Origin: Leucoraja erinacea
Lineage: Eukaryota
Direction: 5' to 3'
Assembly (NCBI RefSeq): GCF_028641065.1
Contig: NC_073380.1
Span: 32,798,001 to 32,862,000 of the forward strand
Length of the DNA: 64,000 nt
Shown one piece after another: positions 62,416-64,000 of the stretch (the first letter of the stretch is position 1; every line of letters starts with the position of its first letter). A program made the translations under genes and the position numbers. The notes below the pieces were generated by a model. That model was not told the origin of the DNA, made no database searches, and saw nothing but the letters and a program-made list of their open reading frames with translations.

Positions 62416-62829
62416 CCTGTAAAATTCTTAAGGGATTGGACAGGCTAGATCCAGGAAAAAAATTCACGATGTTGGGGGGGGGGGGGGGGGAGCCCAGAAC
62501 CAAGGGTCACAGGAGCCCAGAACCAAGGGTCACAGTTTTAAGAATAAAGGGTAGGCCATTTAGAACTGAGGTGTGGAAAAACTTTTTCTCGAAGAGAGTT
62601 GTAAATCTGTGGAATTCTCTGCCACAGAAAGCAGTGGAGGCCAATTCACTGAATGTTTTCAAGAGAGAGTTAGATTAGTTCTTACTGCTAATGGAATTCA
62701 GGGATAAGGGGGATAAAGCTGAATGAGGTACTGATTTTGGATGATCAGCCGTGATCATATTAAATTGTGGTGCTGGCTCAAAGGGCCAAATGGCCTACTC
62801 CTCACCTATTTTCTATGTTTCTTACAATG

Positions 62830-63500
62830 ACGTGCCAACATCTGTACTCAATTCCCTGACTCATGAAGGCCACCTTCACCACCTTATCTAACTGATTCCA
62901 CTTTCACGAAACATTGTACTTCCACTCCTACATCCCTCTGCTGTACAAAACTCACCAGGGCCCTAACTATTCACTAAGAATGTCCTGCCCTGATTTGACT
63001 TTCCAAAATGTAACACCCCACATTTATCTGAATTAAACTCCATTAGTCATTACTCAGTCCACTTGTCCAGTTGATCAAGATCTCGTTGAATTCGTAATAA
63101 TAATCTTCACTGTCTACAGTTCCAGTTATTTTTGTGTCATCTGCAAACTTATTGATAATGTCGTGTACATTCTCATCCAAATCATTGACATAGATGACAA
63201 ATAGCGATGGGCTCAGCACTGATTCCTGAGGCATACCACTAGTCACAGGCCTCCAGTCGAAAAACAACACACCATCACCCTGAAGCTATTTCTGCATTCA
63301 GTTTGCTACTTCTCCCTGAATGCCATGCAATCTAGCCTTACAGAGCAGCCTGCCATGTGGAGTCCTTATCAAAGGCCTTTATTAAGTCCATGCTATGACT
63401 ACGTCCATGCCCTCATCAACCTTCCTTCCTGATAACATCTTTAAAAAAACGGAATCAAATTTGTGAGATACAATCTCCCACACACAAAACCATGCTGTCG
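62830..63500 (-). mobile_element. Older CR1 RT fragment
   Basis: DWRPVTSGMPQESVLSPSLFVIYVNDLDENV...NKFADDTKI. Confidence 0.8.
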
Positions 63501-64000
63501 TGGTGAATGTGATTACATAAATGCTACCTTATCCTGATGCACAATGTTTTAATCATTTCTTTGAGTGTTTGCATTTGTCAAACTTGATATTAACTGTAGA
63601 TATCTAGCAGGTAGTGAAATAATTCTAAATAAATCATCATATTTAGCACATGTTTGCAGGAAATGATACCTGTGGATATCTGTTCAATTCCGAAATGCAG
63701 ATATTTTTTTCTTGAAATGATCTGATATATCAAGTTCCACTCAATTCCACTTGTCTTACATCATCCTATTGTAAGTGCAAATTGAGATTCAAAAGGAAGG
63801 ACATGGTGAAAAAATATGTAATCGTGTTAATGCAGGTAATTGTTTTGAGAATTTGTTGCTTTATTCTGCAGCTACAGCAAGATTTGAGTGGTTCTTTTTA
63901 AAATTTATTTGGTGTATGTTATTAATATAATATCACCAATGATTATAGAACTAGTGTCTTAAAATAGTTTACTATACCTTACAAATATGCTGAATCTCAG

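Larger units (their letters stand above)
59580..62825 (+). mobile_element. CR1 LINE RT region split by nested Helitron and SINE insertions (60680-62418)
   Basis: TNLLEFFEDIT, VDVVYLDFQKAFDKVPH, SKFVDETKL, LEFRRMKGNLI; resumes at 62420 (AAAATTCTTAAGGGATTGGACAGG) through to the tail. Confidence 0.88.

Overview
Repeat-dense, AT-rich eukaryotic intronic or intergenic DNA. The HE1/V-SINE cores and CR1 (HER1-type) LINE tails point to a cartilaginous fish such as a skate or ray (inference). No host protein-coding gene can be supported; the long ORFs are decayed transposon ORFs or low-complexity artefacts. Retroelements seen: many CR1 fragments, a Crack/L2-group LINE, an L2, Rex1/Babar fragments, a 5'-inverted (twin-primed) RTE, Penelope-like elements (RT and GIY-YIG remnants), a Gypsy RNase H relic and V-SINEs. 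DNA transposons seen: a Tc1 transposase pseudogene, Harbinger MITEs, a hAT element with an 8-bp TSD, a TA-targeting Tc1/mariner-type non-autonomous element carrying a tRNA-like module, and several non-autonomous Helitrons. The most notable signal is a dispersed, often head-to-head Penelope terminal-repeat module carrying a minimal hammerhead ribozyme core (CTGAAGAAGGGTCTCGACCCGAAACGTC). Also notable is a GC-rich non-coding family that shares the Rex1-type 3' stem-loop tail. Two N gaps and several mosaic duplications look like assembly artefacts.
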